A DNA stretch of 64,000 nt, from NCBI RefSeq assembly GCF_044704955.1, contig NC_091985.1, forward strand, positions 120,218,001 to 120,282,000. Reading direction: 5' to 3'. Position 1 is the stretch's first letter. The number at the start of each line of letters is the position of its first letter. The DNA is from Pristiophorus japonicus. Taxonomy: Eukaryota. The notes under the pieces are model-generated. The model made no database searches. It saw only the letters and a program-made list of their open reading frames with translations, and was not told where the DNA came from. Of the stretch, positions 23,083 to 36,550 are shown one piece after another. A program made the translations under genes and the position numbers.

Positions 23083-24798
23083 TCACAGTGGAAGACACAA
23101 AAACCATGCCAAAAATTGCTGGTCACGGGAATGTGGGAAGGGAGGACCTTGAGACAATCACTATTACTAGGGGGGTAGTGCTGGACAGCCTAATGGGACT
23201 CAAGGTAGACAAATCCCCTGGTCCTGATGAAATGCATCCCAGGGTATTAAAAGAGATGGCGGAAGTTATAGCAGATGCATTCGTTATAATCTACCAAAAT
23301 TCTCTGGACTCTGGGGAGGTACCAGCGGATTGGAAAGCAGCTAATGTAACGCCTCTGTTTAAAAAAGGGGGCAGACAAAAGGCAGGTAACTATAGGCCGG
23401 TTAGTTTAACATCTGTAGTGGGGAAAATGCTTGAAGCTATCATTAAGGAAGAAATAGCGGGACATCTAAATAGGAATAGTGCAATCAAGCAGACGCAACA
23501 TGGATTCATGAAGGGGAAATCATGTTTAACTAATTTACTGGAATTCTTTGAGGATATAACGAGCATGGTGGATAGAGGTGTACCGATGGATGTGGTGTAT
23601 TTGGATTTCCAAAAGGCATTCGATAAGATGCCATACAAAAGGTTACTGCAGAAGATAAAGATACGCGGAGTTAGAGGAAATGTATTAGCATGGATAGAGA
23701 ATTGGCTGGCTAACAGAAAGCAGAGAGTCGGGATAAATGGGTCCTTTTCGGGTTGGAAATTGGTGGTTAGTGATGTGCCACAGGGATCGGTGCTGGGACC
23801 ACAAATGTTTACAATATACATAGATGACCTGGAAGAGGGGACAGAGTGTAGTGTTACAAAATTTGCAGATGACACAAAGATTAGTGGGAAAGCGGGTTGT
23901 GTAGAGGACACAGAGAGGCTGCAAAGAGATTTAGATAGGTTAAGCGAATGGGCTAAGGTTTGGCAGATGGAATACAATGTCGGAAAATGTGAGGTCATCC
24001 ACCTTGGGAAAAAAAAAACAGTAAAAGGGAATATTATTTGAATGGGGAGAAATTACAACATGCTGCGGTGCAGAGGTACCTGGGGGTCCTTGTGCATGAA
24101 TCCCAAAAAGTTAGTTTGCAGGTGCAGCAGGTAATCAGGAAGGCGAATGGAATGTTGGCCTGCATTGCGAGAGGGATGGAGTACACAAGCAGGGAGGTCC
24201 TGCTGCAACTGTACAGGGTATTGGTGAGGCTGCACCTGGAGTACTGCGTGCAGTTTTGGTCACCTTACTTAAGGAAGGATATACTAGCTTTGGAGGGGGG
24301 ACAGTCACGATTCACGAGGCTGATTCCGGAGATGAGGGGGTTACCTTATGATGATAGATTGAGTAGACTGGGTCTTTACTCGTTGGAGTTCAGAAGGATG
24401 AGGGATGATCTTATAGAAACATTTAAAATAATGAAAGGGATAGACAAGATAGAGGCAGAGAGGTTGTTTCCATTGGTCAGGGAGACTAGAACTAGGGGGC
24501 ACAGCCTCAAAATACAGGGGAGCTCATTTAAAACCGAGTTGAGAAGGAATTTCTTCTCCCAGAGGGTTGTGAATCTGTGGAATTCTCTGCCCAAGGAAGC
24601 AGTTGAGGCTAGCTCATTGAATGTATTCAAATCACAGATAGATAGATTTTTAACCAATAAGGGAATTAAGGGTTATGGGGAGCGGGAGGATAAGTGGGGC
24701 TGAGTCCACGGCCAGATCAGCCATGATGTTGTTGAATGGCGGAACAGGCTCGAGGGGCTAGATGGCCTACTCCTGTTCCTAATTCTTATGTTCTTATG
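23083..24798 (+). mobile_element. Young 5'-truncated CR1 LINE nested in an older CR1 (~23005-23082 and 24799-25110)
   Basis: Near-intact RT (KSPGPD, NYRPVSLTS, QHGF, YLDFQKAFDK, VPQGSVLGP, FADDTK), with the frame broken at an A-run near 24010. The host CR1 rejoins as gtgtataaaatca|tgaaaggttt. Confidence 0.95.
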
Positions 24799-25154
24799 AA
24801 AGGTTTCAATAAGGTGAATTGGGAAAAATTATTTCCATTAGTCGGTAAGTTGGTAACTCGAGTGCATAAATTTATCAAAAAAATAAGAGGGACGATTAGA
24901 AGAGGGTTGCTCGGACGTGGAATGACCATCAGAAGTGGTGTTGGAAGCAGATACCATTGTAACTTTTGAAAGAGAAGTGACAAAATATTTGAAAAAGAAA
25001 GAAAGTTAAAACTATATGGGGTAAGGGACGAAGTAGATAGTTCTTTCCAAGCGAATAGAACACAAGTGGTAAATGGTTTGCGCCTGTGCTGTAACATTCT
25101 GATTCTAGAGGGGATGTGCGGAGGACATAAACCTTGCACTGACCTGATAATACA

Positions 25155-25320
25155 TAGCCTTCAAAAGGGAATTGAATAAATCCTTGAAGGAGAAAAAATT
25201 ATAGGAATATGGAGAAAGGGCAAGGGAGTGGGACTAACTGGATTGCTCCAAGAAAGAGCGGGCGCTGACTCAATGAGCCAATGGCCTCCTTCAGTGCTGT
25301 ACTATTCTATGAATCTATGA
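25155..25320 (+). mobile_element. CR1 3' end
   Basis: ttcaaaagggaattgaataaa...tggcctccttcagtgctgtactattctatgaatctatg. Confidence 0.8.
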
Positions 25321-26719
25321 AGAGAGACATAAATGAGGTGTCTGAGCTACAAATGGGATATTGGTCACAGCCTATGGCTCTTCACGTATTTACATTTCAA
25401 CCTCCTCTTTATGCCATGCAGTTCTAAAGAGAACATTAATTTAAAATGGGAAATGAGTTATGTGGTGATTGTGGCAGAGGTCTGCTGAGACTATTTTTTT
25501 CCTCTGTAGTACCATCTGCTTTCAATTGGGTCATCTCCATGGCATATGAAAAATATTTCATGGAGCAGTCATGTCATAAATTTGTTTTGTGAACATTGGA
25601 AAACAAAATCTGTGAAATAATGTCTATTGCCAGGATCAGTCATTTGTTCAGAGAATCCCGTGTAAAAGGCAATTGTTCAGTCGGTTATCAGATCCCTACT
25701 AGCTGCTAAGATATATGTAGTAATTCACTGTAAAATACTTGAGTTAATACAATTGTACTGGTCATTTAGGACATTTTCAATGCAAGTTTATCTTTTGTTT
25801 GTTTAACTTAGAGACTAATCCTGATTTGATAGTGTGACTATTACTGAAGTGTATCAAAACTAAAGTTCCATTATCGGAACCACAGCTTTATTGATGAACT
25901 CACACACAGTCATACACCCTGCATCGGCGCCACACACCCAGCGCCGCGCGCCACACACACATACGCGATGTCAGAAAAAGTGCAGCAACATTTCCCTGTA
26001 GACCATTGCTGTCAGCGAACAGAGGCCAACCCAGTAAAAGTTGTAAAACAGATTCATTTCATTGAAAATGACAGCATTCTAGAAACTGTTATAAGGAGAG
26101 AAAAATAAAATCTATTAAAAAAACACAATTAAAAAAACACAATTAAAACAATTTATCCTAATGGCTATAAATTAAGTGGACATTCTCTTAAAAAGTGTAC
26201 AAATTTATCAGCTTACAGATTTCCTTCAACTTTCTTCACTATTTGCCACTGTTTTAAAAAAAAAAGTTTTGAAAGTAACTTACAAATCTGCACCACTGCC
26301 GATCAGTCTGCCATATGTACACAAAGGCCATTCGGTCAACATATTAAAATGTCAATCAAAAACTGCATCAGATTTCTGCTAATGCTGTGGCTCCATCAAC
26401 ACTAATCTAATTAAAACTGTTCTTCTCCTAAAAACATCTAGTTAAAATTTCCCATACAGAAACTAAATGTGTTTGAAATGTTCTGTGAATCAAAGGGTGA
26501 AACTTCTGTACCATAAAAATAAAAACCGAATAGTTGATCTCGATCAGCTTCTGAAGATTTCAAATCAGTGTGTACAATAAATTTTTCATTAACACTTGTT
26601 TACGAAGTTGAAAAACTTAAATTTGTTGGGAAGCTTTAAGGTACATGACTCTTGCCCATCAAATCCAAGCCAATACATGCAATCAAAAGGAATATTTTTT
26701 GCCGAAAGATCAGTGATTA

Positions 26720-27243
26720 TACAGGGCTTTGGTGAAACTACACCTGGAGTACTGTACAGTTTTGGTCTCCATACCCAAGGAATGATATATGTGCCTTGGA
26801 TGCAGTCCAACGAAGGTTCACTAGATTAATTCCTGGGATGAGGGGATTGTACTAAGAGGAGAGAGTGAGTAGCTTAGGCCTATATTCTCGAGAATTTAGA
26901 AGAATGTGAGGTGATCTCATTGAAACACATAAAATGCTTAAGGGGATTGACAGGGTAGATGCATGTTTCCCCTAACTGGGGAGTCTAGAACTAGGGGCCA
27001 CAGTGTCATAATAAGGGGGCAGCCAATTTAGGACAGAGATGAGGAGAAATTTCTTCACTCAAAAGAGTTGTGAATCTTTGGAATTCTCTACCCCATAGGG
27101 CTATGGATGCTCAATCATTATCTATATTCAAGACGGAAATAGATTTTTGGATACTAATAGATTCAATGGATATGGGGATAGGGCGGGAAGGTGTAGCTGA
27201 AGTAGAAGATCAGCCACGACCTTACTGAATGGTGGAGCAGGCT
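26720..27243 (+). mobile_element. Degraded CR1 3' fragment
   Basis: cacctggagtactgtacagttttggtctcc and ttgtgaatctttggaattctctaccc. Confidence 0.85.
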
Positions 27244-28303
27244 GTAGTCATTGTTAATACATTTAAAACAGAGCAAATTCACAAAATTATACTGGTGGAG
27301 ATTTTATTGGTCATGTAGCTGGATGACAGAATTGATCCAGCCTAATCTATCATGCATACCTGAGCATGCATCACCAATCATAACCCACAATCTGTACTGA
27401 AATTACACTAGTGCACACACTTCAATATACAACAGGAAAACATTCCACATTTGGGACAGAAAAGCACTAAAAATAACCAACTCCTCTACATTAGTTCATT
27501 AACTTGCAGGTAATTCTGGATTTAAACAAGCTTGTGCCACTGGGCACAATGACTCGAGTCCTCAAACCTGGCTGCCCATCAATGGAAAGCAGCAATTCCT
27601 CAAAGGGAGGGCAATGTAGATGAGCAAGAGAATCTGATTCGGCCAATAATTTGTCAATCTAGTAAAGGATTGCAATATGGCAACATGGAGAATGGAAGAT
27701 GGATGCGCACAAGTCTACTACTGAATTAAGTTACCAATGCAACCATTAATCTGGATGAACTTTCTGTCTAGTCCAAAAAAGTGAATAAACAAGATGAACT
27801 ACTTGAATGATTCATCGACATATTTACATTACATGTCGCTATTCTGCAACAGTTGGAGTACAAGATGATAAATGCTAACTACTAGAACAGGGGCTTCTAA
27901 CCTTTTTCATTATGACAGCACGCAGTCGTTGATCCCTGGCAATTAGACCTCAAATCCCAATGAACTTAGTATTATGTGGACTCATATTTTTTATTTTATG
28001 GACCGGGAGGTTTATTGCTGTTGCCTCAGATAGATAAAGTCAATCAAAAGACCAAGATCTGCAGCTTGAAATTCAGACAAATTATTGTGAATATGGATTT
28101 AAATTTTATACGTGGCTTCTAATGCTCCATGGTACGTAACTGTGTGGTCGACAAAGGCAAAGGCAAAAAAGCTTGGACATCTTGCTCAAAGCCCTTCCAA
28201 AATTAAATGAGCAATAATGGATCCCACCCATCTACTAGTAAGGCACCGAGAAGGCAGGGTGGCAGTTCAATGGGTGGAGAGTGTCCAACAATGGCCATAT
28301 AAA

Positions 28304-29639
28304 GGGCCCAAGTTTCGAGCCGCGCCTAGAACGGCGCAGTCCCGACCTGGACGCCCGTTTTTCGCGCCATAAAGTGCGCCTAAAAAAACCTTCGAGATTC
28401 TCCAGCTCCCTGCAGGTCGTTTGCAGCTCGGCGCAGCGCAGCACAAGCTGTAGGGGGCGGAGCCAGGTCCCTGCGCTGAAAACAGTGCCGGGACCTCTGC
28501 ACATGTGCGCTACAGTGGGCGCGCATGTGCAGTAGCTCCAAGCGCCCAAAACTGTGTGGGAGGGGCCCAAAGCACGTAGCCCCTAGCCCTGGCCGAATGG
28601 CCTCAATGGGGCTGCGTGTATAAGGCTCCTCCCACGCCCAACATCTGCTTCTTCCCGACCTGACTCGACTCCTGCTTTCCGCCCCTGGACCGGACCCGAC
28701 CCCCCGGACAGGACCCGACTCCTGCTGCACCCCGCCCCCCCGGACCGGACCTGACACCGACACCCCCCCGACTGGACCCAACCTGACCTCCCTCCCTCCC
28801 ACCGACCTGACCTCCCTCTCCCCGACCCGACCTCCCTCCCACCACCCCCCCCGACCCGCGCTCCCCCCGACCCGACCCAACGCCACCTACCTGTAAAATC
28901 TGGTGCTGGGAACGGGCCCTGCCCGAAGTCTCGGGCCCGTTCAGCCTCCCTCCCCCTTCCCCACCCCCCATCTCCTTTCCCCCCCTCCCCCTTCCCTCCC
29001 TCTGCTCCCCCCCTCCTCGCTGTCAGAAACACAGACACTGACAGACAGAGAATGAGAGACACACACAGACAGACAGAGAGATAGAGACACTGACAGAGAC
29101 ACACTGGAGGGGTGGGGGGGCATCCCAGCACGCTGTTGGAGGGCTCCCGGTGCTGCAGTCGGTAAGTAGAAAATGTTTTATTTATTGATTTAAAAAAATT
29201 ATTTATTAATTTTTTTTGATGATTTATTGATGTTTTTATCATTTATTGTTGATGATGGCTCTTTATTTGTAAAACTGAAGTGTTTAATGTTTGTAAACTT
29301 CCCTTTAAACCCTCCCCCCCCCCCCATTCCCTACGCCTGATTTGTAACCTGCGCCTGATTTTCTAAAGTGTAGACAAGGTTTTTTCGAGCGTACAAAAAT
29401 CTTCACTTACTCCATTCTAAGTTAGTTTGGAGTAAGTTTTCACTGACGAAACTTTGAAAACAGGCGTAAGTGGCCAGACACGCCCCCTTTTGAAAAAGAA
29501 ATTCTGTTCCAAAGTGAAACTGTTCTAACTGACTAGAACTGGAGCAAACTAAATGGCGAGAATTCCGATTTCTAAGATACTCCGTTCTACACCAGTTGCT
29601 CCTAAAAATCAGGAGCAAATCATGTCAAAACTTGGGGCC
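28304..29639 (+). mobile_element. Non-autonomous Harbinger element
   Basis: TIR gggcccaagttt / aaacttggggcc and TSD aaa/aaa. Both ends are homologous to the ends of 14480-18988. Confidence 0.92.
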
Positions 29640-29940
29640 AAAGTATGCCAACTTTCTTCGAGACTCCAACAACTTCCACTAATAAACACTGATAAAGATG
29701 TGACCAATAGAAGGCGGCATACCCACCCACCCACGAGCTGATACTTTTAAAACCCAGGAGGAGATTCACTGAAATCTGCAACTGCTCCCCCAGAAACAAA
29801 ATTTCAGATGGAGAGGGCCAGTGATAGTGGCAGTCCAACAAATCACGGTCAAGGAATTTTAGAACACTCTGGCAACAGGTTAAAGCTCCTCATAAAACAC
29901 CACTGAGAATTTCATTTGATGCTATAAGTACGAATCGCAG

Positions 29941-31960
29941 AGAACATAAGAAATAGCAGGAGTAGGCCATTTGGCCCCTCAAGCCTGCTCCGCCATTCAA
30001 TAAGATCATGGCTGATCTGATCCTGGCCTCAACTCCACTTCCCTGCCCGCTCCCATAACCCTTGATTCCCTCATCATTCAAAAATCTATCTCCACCTTAA
30101 ATATATTCAACAACCCAGCCTCCACAGCTCTCTGTAGGGAATTCCAAAGATTCACGACCCTCAGAGAAGAAATTCCTCCTCATTTCCATTTTAAATGAGC
30201 GAGCCCTTATTCTGAAACTATGCCCCCTCGTTGCAGATTCCCCCATGAGGGGAAACATCCTCTCTGCATCTACCCTGTCAAGCCCCCTCAGAGTTGTATA
30301 TGTTTCAATAAGATCACCTCTCATTCTTATAAACGCCAATGAGTATAGGCCCAACCTACTCAACCTTTCTTCATAAGACAACCCCTTCAATCTTGTGAAC
30401 CTTCTCTGAATTGCTTCCAATGCAAGTATATCCCTCCTTAAATATGGAGACCAAAACTGTGCGCAGTACTCCAGGTGCGGTCTCACCAATACCCTGTACA
30501 TTTGTAGCAGGATTTCCCTACTTTTATACTCTATCCCCCTTGTAATAAAGGCCAACATTCCATTTGCCTTCCTAATTACTTCTTGTACCTGCATACTAAC
30601 TTTTTGTGTTTCATGCACAAGGACTCCCAGATCCCTCTGTACCTCAGCATTTTGTAATCTCTCCCCATTTAAATCATTTGCTTTTTTAGTTTTCCTACAA
30701 AAGTGGATAACCTCACAAAGTGGATAACCTCCATCTGCCAAATTTTTGCCCACTCACTTAGCCTATCTATGGGCTCAATTTTCCCCAATTATTTGTGCCG
30801 ACATTTTGGTGTACACTTTATTTTTAAGTAAATTCAAATCTCCAAGTTTCCCCAAAATTTATGTGCTAGCGTAATTCACTTAGGTAGGATTTTTTTAGGC
30901 TACGATGTTTTTTTAAAAAACCTGTTTGGGTGTGTAACCTGCCACCCATGCCAATTCTGGCCATGTAAGCACGTTTGGCCAGCTCCGATTTACTCCAATT
31001 TTTCTTAGGACGGCGCATGTGACCACTCTGGGAAAAACTTCTGGGCAGTTAACAAAATCGGCGCAGGTAAGAGAATCAGCACAGCAGATGCAGTTCCACA
31101 GCCGGGACAGCAGCAGCAGAGAGGGGGAGAGAGAGGAGGAGGAGGGGGGGGGGGGGGGGGTGCATGGAAAAGAGGCCTTTCGGCCAGGGCTAGTAGCTGC
31201 ACCCTGCACCGGGAGGCCTTTCGGCCAGGGCAATTGGCACCGGGAGGAGGGAGGCCTTTCAGCCAGAGTTTGGAAAGGCACTGGGCAGGAAGGATAGATT
31301 TTTGGCATAAACGCTTTAATAATTTAATGCTGGTAAGCTGTTGCAATGTGCAAGGTGACTGTGCAGGCTGCTGTGAGAGCTGGCCAGAACGTGTTGGATG
31401 TTTCACTTTCCAGCTTCAGTGTTTCCCTCATTACTCTGGCAACCCGATCTTTTTAGCGCCGATCTTAGGATCCACCCCTAAAGCTAAAGGACAGACTACG
31501 CGGTGCCAAAATCAATAGAAACAGGAAAAGTTGGATGATTTTTTTTTGGTGTAGCTGAACCCCCAAAAACGGGCAAAAACGCCAAAAAATGGCATTGGGG
31601 AAAATTGGGCCCATGATCTCCAGATACTTTGTGTCCTCCTCGCAACTTGCTTTCCCACCCATCTTTGTATTGTCAGCAAATTTGGCTACATTACATTCAA
31701 TCCCTTCATCCAAGTCATGAATATAGATTGTAAATAGTTGAGGCCTCAGCACTGATCCCTGCGGCACCCCACTAGTTACTGTTTGTCAACCTGAAAATGT
31801 CCCATTTATCCCGACTCTCTGTTTTCTGTTAGTTAGCCAATCCTCTATCCATGCTAATATATTACCCCCAACCCGATGAGCTCTTATCTTGTGCAGTAAC
31901 CTTTTATGTGGCACCTGATCGAATGCCTTCTGGAAATCCACATACACGACATCTACTGGT
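29941..31960 (-). mobile_element. CR1 LINE interrupted by the element at 30771-31612
   Basis: ORF 30097-30753 (RPHLEYCAQFWSPY) and ORF 31465-31767 (PQGSVL, KFADNTK). Tail is agaacataagaa. Confidence 0.92.
30771..31612. mobile_element. Non-autonomous Harbinger-like element, second TIR family
   Basis: 19-bp TIR gggctcaattttccccaat / attggggaaaattgggccc (1 mismatch). The TSD is ambiguous (tat/atg). Confidence 0.8.
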
Positions 31961-32247
31961 TCTCCCTTATCACCCTATAAGCCGTTATAGCGCCACCAAT
32001 CAAAATAAAAAGTATTCTTCTAAGAAGCAGTTCTTCTCTTTAGCAAAGCAGACCTCTCATCAGGAAACAAGATTGGAGGGGCTTGGCCCAATGTCAGGAT
32101 GTTGGAGAGCCATTGATTCTTCTGGGAGTACCTTGAAGATTGGAGAATGGGGGCACACTTGCACATACACATTTGTTTAAAGGACAGACTCCTGGCTAGT
32201 TGATGCACACTCCATGTTCATGTCGACTGAAGGACAACCTCAAGGCC

Positions 32248-32648
32248 AGATGATTGAGGTGTATAAAATTATGAGGGGCCTGGATAGAGTGGATAGGAAG
32301 GATTGGTTTCCCTTGGCAGCGGGGTCAACAATCAGGGGGCATAGATTAAAAGTAATTGGGTGGGGGGGGGGGGGGGGGCGGGGGGAATGTATAGTGTAGA
32401 TACGAGTGGAAATTTCTTTACCCAGAGGGTGGTGGGGTCTGGAACTCACTGCCTGAAAGGGTGGTAGAGGCAGAAACCCTAATCACATTAAAAAAAGACT
32501 TGGATGTGCACTTAAAGTGCCTTAACCTACAGTGCTATGGACCAAGAGCTGGAATGTGGGATTAGGCTGGATAGCTCTTGGTCGGCCGGTGCGGACACGA
32601 TGGGCCGAAATGGCCTCCTTCCGTGCTGTAAATTTCTATGATTCTATT
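32248..32648 (+). mobile_element. CR1 3' fragment
   Basis: MIEVYKIMRGLDRVDRKD. Closely resembles 6500-6856. Confidence 0.9.
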
Positions 32649-32673
32649 CTCTGTCCTGGAATATCCTCTCATT

Positions 32674-34548
32674 GGGCCCAAGTTTCCACACGCGCCTAGA
32701 ACGGCGCAGTCCCGACCTGAACACCCGTTTATCGCGCCACAAAGTGCGCCTAAAAAAATCCTCGGTATTCTCTACCTACTTGCAGGTCCTCTGGCCCTCG
32801 GCGCAGCCAGCACGAGCTGTGGGGGGGCGGAGACAGGTCCCTGCGCTGAAAACAGTGCCGGGACCTCTGCACATGCGCGCTACAGTGGGCACGCAAGTGC
32901 AGTAGCTCCAGGCGCCGAACTGTGTGGGAGGGGCCCGAAGCACGCAGCCCCTAGCCCTGGCTGAATGGCCTCACTGGGGCTGCGTGAATAAGGCTCCTCC
33001 CACGGCCAGCTCCTGCTTCCCCCCCCCCCCCCGACCAGACCCGACACCCGCTCCCCCCCCTGCCTCCGGACCAGACCCGACACTCGCTCCCCGCACCCCC
33101 CCCCCCCCCCTCCGGACCAGACCCGACACTCGCTCTCCGCACCCCCCCCCCGCCTCCGGACCAGACCCGACACTCGCTCCCCGCACCCCCCCCCCGCCTC
33201 CGGACCAGACCCGACAGTCGCTACCCGCACCCCCCCCCCCCTCCTCCGGACCAGACCCGACACCCGCTCCCCGCACCCCCCCCCCGCCTCCGGACCAGAC
33301 CCGACACTTGCTCCCCGCACCCCCCCCCCGCCTCCGGACCGGACCAGACCCGACACTCGCTCCCCGCACCCCCCCCCCGCCTCCGGACCAGACCCGACAC
33401 CCCCCCCCCCGCCTCCGGACCAGACCCGACACTCGCTCCCCGCACCCCCCCCCCGCCTCCGGACCAGACCCGACACCCGCTCCCCCCGCCTCCGGACCAG
33501 ACCCGACACTCGCTCCCCGCACCCCCCCCCCGCCTCCGGACCAGACCCGACACCCGCTCCCCCCTGCCTCCGGACCAGACCCGACACTCGCTCCCCGCAC
33601 CCCCCCCCCCCCGCCTCCGGACCAGACCCGACACCCGCTCCCCGCCAGCCCCCCCGCCTCCGGACCAGACCCGACACTTGCTCCCCCCTGCCTCCGGACC
33701 AGACCCGACACCCGCTCCCCGCCAGCCCCCCCGCCTCCGGACCAGACCCGACACTTGCTCCCCGCACCCCCCCCCCCCTCCACTGGACCCGACCCGACTC
33801 CCGCTCCCGGACTGGATCCGACCTGACTTCTCTCTCTCTCTCCCTCCCTCCCTCCCTCCTGCCCTCTCCCTCTCCCTTCCCCCCCCTCTCTCTCCCTCCC
33901 TCCCTTCCCCCCCCTCCTCCGCCCCCCCCTCCTCCTCCTCCTCCTCCTCCTCCTCCTCCTCTCCCTCCTCCCCCCCCGACCCAACCCAACGCCACCTACC
34001 TGTAAATCTGGTGCTGGGGACGGGCCCTGTCTGAAGTCTCGGGCCGGCCCGTTCAGCCTTCGGTCCCGAAAGGCCTGCCTGAAGCACTTTCACACAGGTA
34101 GGAAGATGGTTTATTTAATCTTTTCTTGGCTTATAAATGTTTATTCAGGTTGGATTTATTTGTATAATATTTGTATAAGCATAAATAAGGATTTATTATA
34201 GAATTTAATGACTTCCCTTCCCCCCCCCCCACCTCGTTCTGGACGCCTAATTTGTAACCTGCGCCTGATTTTTTAATGTGTACAACAGGTTTTTTCAGTT
34301 CGACAAAAATCTTCACTGGCTCCATTCTACTTTAGTTTGGAGTACGTTTTCACTGTGGAAACTTTCAAATCAGGCGTCAGTGGCCGGACACGCCCCCTTT
34401 TGAAGAAAAAATTCTGTTCCAAAGTAGAACTGTTCTACCTGACTAGAACTGCAGAAAAAAAATGTGGAGAATTGCGATTTCCAAGATAGTCCGTTCTCCA
34501 CCAGTTGCTCCTAAAAATCAGGCGCAAATCATGTGGAAACTTGGGCCC
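32674..34548 (+). mobile_element. Non-autonomous Harbinger element with internal minisatellite
   Basis: Perfect 17-bp TIR gggcccaagtttccaca and TSD att/att. Confidence 0.95.
33030..33790. repeat. C-rich minisatellite, about 18 units of ~31-47 bp
   Basis: Core cctccggaccagacccgacacYcgctcccc(gca) followed by a C-run of variable length. Confidence 0.95.
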
Positions 34549-35059
34549 ATTGTATGGATGGAATGCTAATAGCATTGCCGCTCGAGTTCAATTTACCACA
34601 GATAAACATTCAGCCAAGAGCAAATTGACACGATTCCTGCACTACTGGGCAATCAATCAGTATTATGTCCTGACAAAGAGATTGAGCTGTCCCCACCCAG
34701 TGTGTCGACATACCAGAGCACTGTTCTGTTAGGTCGTTTGTTCAGAGGTGCAGATTTTAACCTGCACCAGAGCCTGAAATTGGACTCGAGCCAACCACAC
34801 CAGCCAAAGTTCAAGCTTGCTGATGTGCCAAGTGCATTTCGTCAATCAACACTGTATCCGCACCAGTTCGATGCAAGCTCCTCCCACAGCAAGTATCCAT
34901 AATCAACATTTGTGAAGGTTGCAGAGAAATCCTCTGAAAATGTTCTGCTCCAGGGACAACTACACCAGCTGAGAGATATGTTGCGAAACTATTGATGTAA
35001 AGGCATGGAAGAGAAAGTGAGTTAAATCCAATGGCATTGATTATTTAAAAACAATTAAT

Positions 35060-35380
35060 TCTCGGAATGTGGGCATCGCAGGCAAGGCCAGCATTTATTG
35101 CCCATCCCTAGATGCCTTGAGGTGGTGGGCTGCCTTCTTGAACCGATGTAGCAGTTTAGTAGAACTGAGTGGCTTACTAGGCCACTTGAGGGTGGTTAAA
35201 AGTCAACCTCATTAGTGTGGGACTGGAGTCACAAATAGGCCAGACCAGGTAAGGCCGGCAGGTTTCCTTTCCTAAAAGGATATTAGTGAACCAGTTGAGC
35301 TTTTGATAATCGAACAACTTCATGGTCACTTTTACTAATACCAGCTTTCCATTTCCAGATTTTTAAACTGAATTCAAATT
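35060..35380 (-). mobile_element. SINE sharing its 3' tail with the LINE at 56140-56620
   Basis: Reverse complement of gggatgggcaataaatgctggccttgcc...cccacat. A degraded body copy lies at ~55835-56045. Confidence 0.65.
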
Positions 35381-36439
35381 ACATGACACCAAACGCGAGG
35401 TTTCAAAGCCTGTAGATTGTAAAGTGACAAAAGCCAAATGAGACAAAGAGTTAAGGATTCTGGAAGTGCTCTGTCTGCACCTTTGAAGAATGGATGTGCA
35501 AACAAAGTGAAGCGGAGATAGTTAATATTTGCTAATAGATCCCCTGATCTATGCATCCAGTGACCTTCACTCTGATAAATTCACTGCAGGGTGGCACTGA
35601 GGTAGGATTGGATGAAGCAAGTCCCCTGTTGGGCAGCTCTATCATTGGGTGGACCTGGTAATAATGCTCCACTGTCTTGGGTGCAACCACAAAATAATGC
35701 TGAGCATGCCCAGGGGTGTGGTGAGAACTAACTTGTTCACGATGGGTAGGTTTAAGCTCCTTGGAGCCAACTTTGGGATAGCCCCAGAGATCCACTGGTC
35801 ACGCTTGTAGCTCCCTAATAAGTTGCTGGCCTCTATAACTGTAGAGATTCTCACCATCAGGAGCATGTGTAAATTTTAGCTTGCATCGCTTAGGAGAAAC
35901 TCAAAACGCAAGGCCTGGCAGTAGAACACAAAAGGATTCCTGGGCAACAGGATATGCTTCTTTTTCTAGGGCAACCACTACAGCCTCCTGCACGAGCAAT
36001 ACAGAGATCTTCCAACAGTAGCAAAACTCCTTCCCCTCTCCGCCCCCGATCCAAAGCTTTTTGTCAGAGCCAGTGGAGCTGGTGACAAATTATCCTGATT
36101 GACACTAACCTTTGGAAAAGATCCATCTACACAACAAGAGTCTAATGTTTTCAATTCATTAATTTATGGAATAGGAGTCATGCTCTGGTCTATGATCTTG
36201 CCATACTTCCATGGTAGCAGTCTGAAGGGTGAAAAGCAAGATTTAAAAAAAGCTGCAACGATTTATGTCAGTGATTCATGCCAGATCCAGAGCAGAGGTT
36301 TTAACTCCAAGTGCAACACTTTATGGAGCAGCTACATTGAGGCACTGTGCCATGACTCAGACGCTGTTGCTTTACAAGAATCCCACTGATCGAGAGAAGA
36401 TCTAAGTTCAATCACCAGTGATGGAGGGGGAAAAGGAAA

Positions 36440-36550
36440 AGAAAAGACTTGCATTTCTATAGCACCTTTTACGAACACCAGACATCCCAAAGTGCTTTAC
36501 AGCCAATGAAGTACTTTTTGAAGTGTAGTCACTGTTGTAATGTAGGAAAG
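36440..36550 (-). mobile_element. SINE 3' tail (L2-like tail)
   Basis: aaagacttgcatttctatagcacc...ctttacagccaat. The same tail occurs at ~54950-55047 and ~61815-61915 on the plus strand. Confidence 0.75.

Noticed and set aside
23390-23998. Antisense ORFs over CR1 (also 6355-6711, 20795-21175, 63049-63468)
   Set aside because: These are shadow frames of CR1 ORF2 with no independent coding signal.
22992-24041. 349-aa ORF as an independent RT gene
   Set aside because: Its N-terminus is a chance in-frame fusion with an older host CR1. The element is 5'-truncated and lacks the endonuclease.
33030-33790. CRISPR-like repeat array
   Set aside because: There are no unique spacers, no cas genes, and the context is a vertebrate intron. 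The same applies to 39361-39560.
32880-34093. Long Gly/Arg- and Pro-rich ORFs (290-371 aa)
   Set aside because: They are translations of a stop-free GC minisatellite inside a non-autonomous transposon, open in several frames at once.
34560-36400. Coding-like unique sequence (also 53440-53960)
   Set aside because: No recognisable protein motif or consistent frame. It may be very old TE remains and cannot be called.
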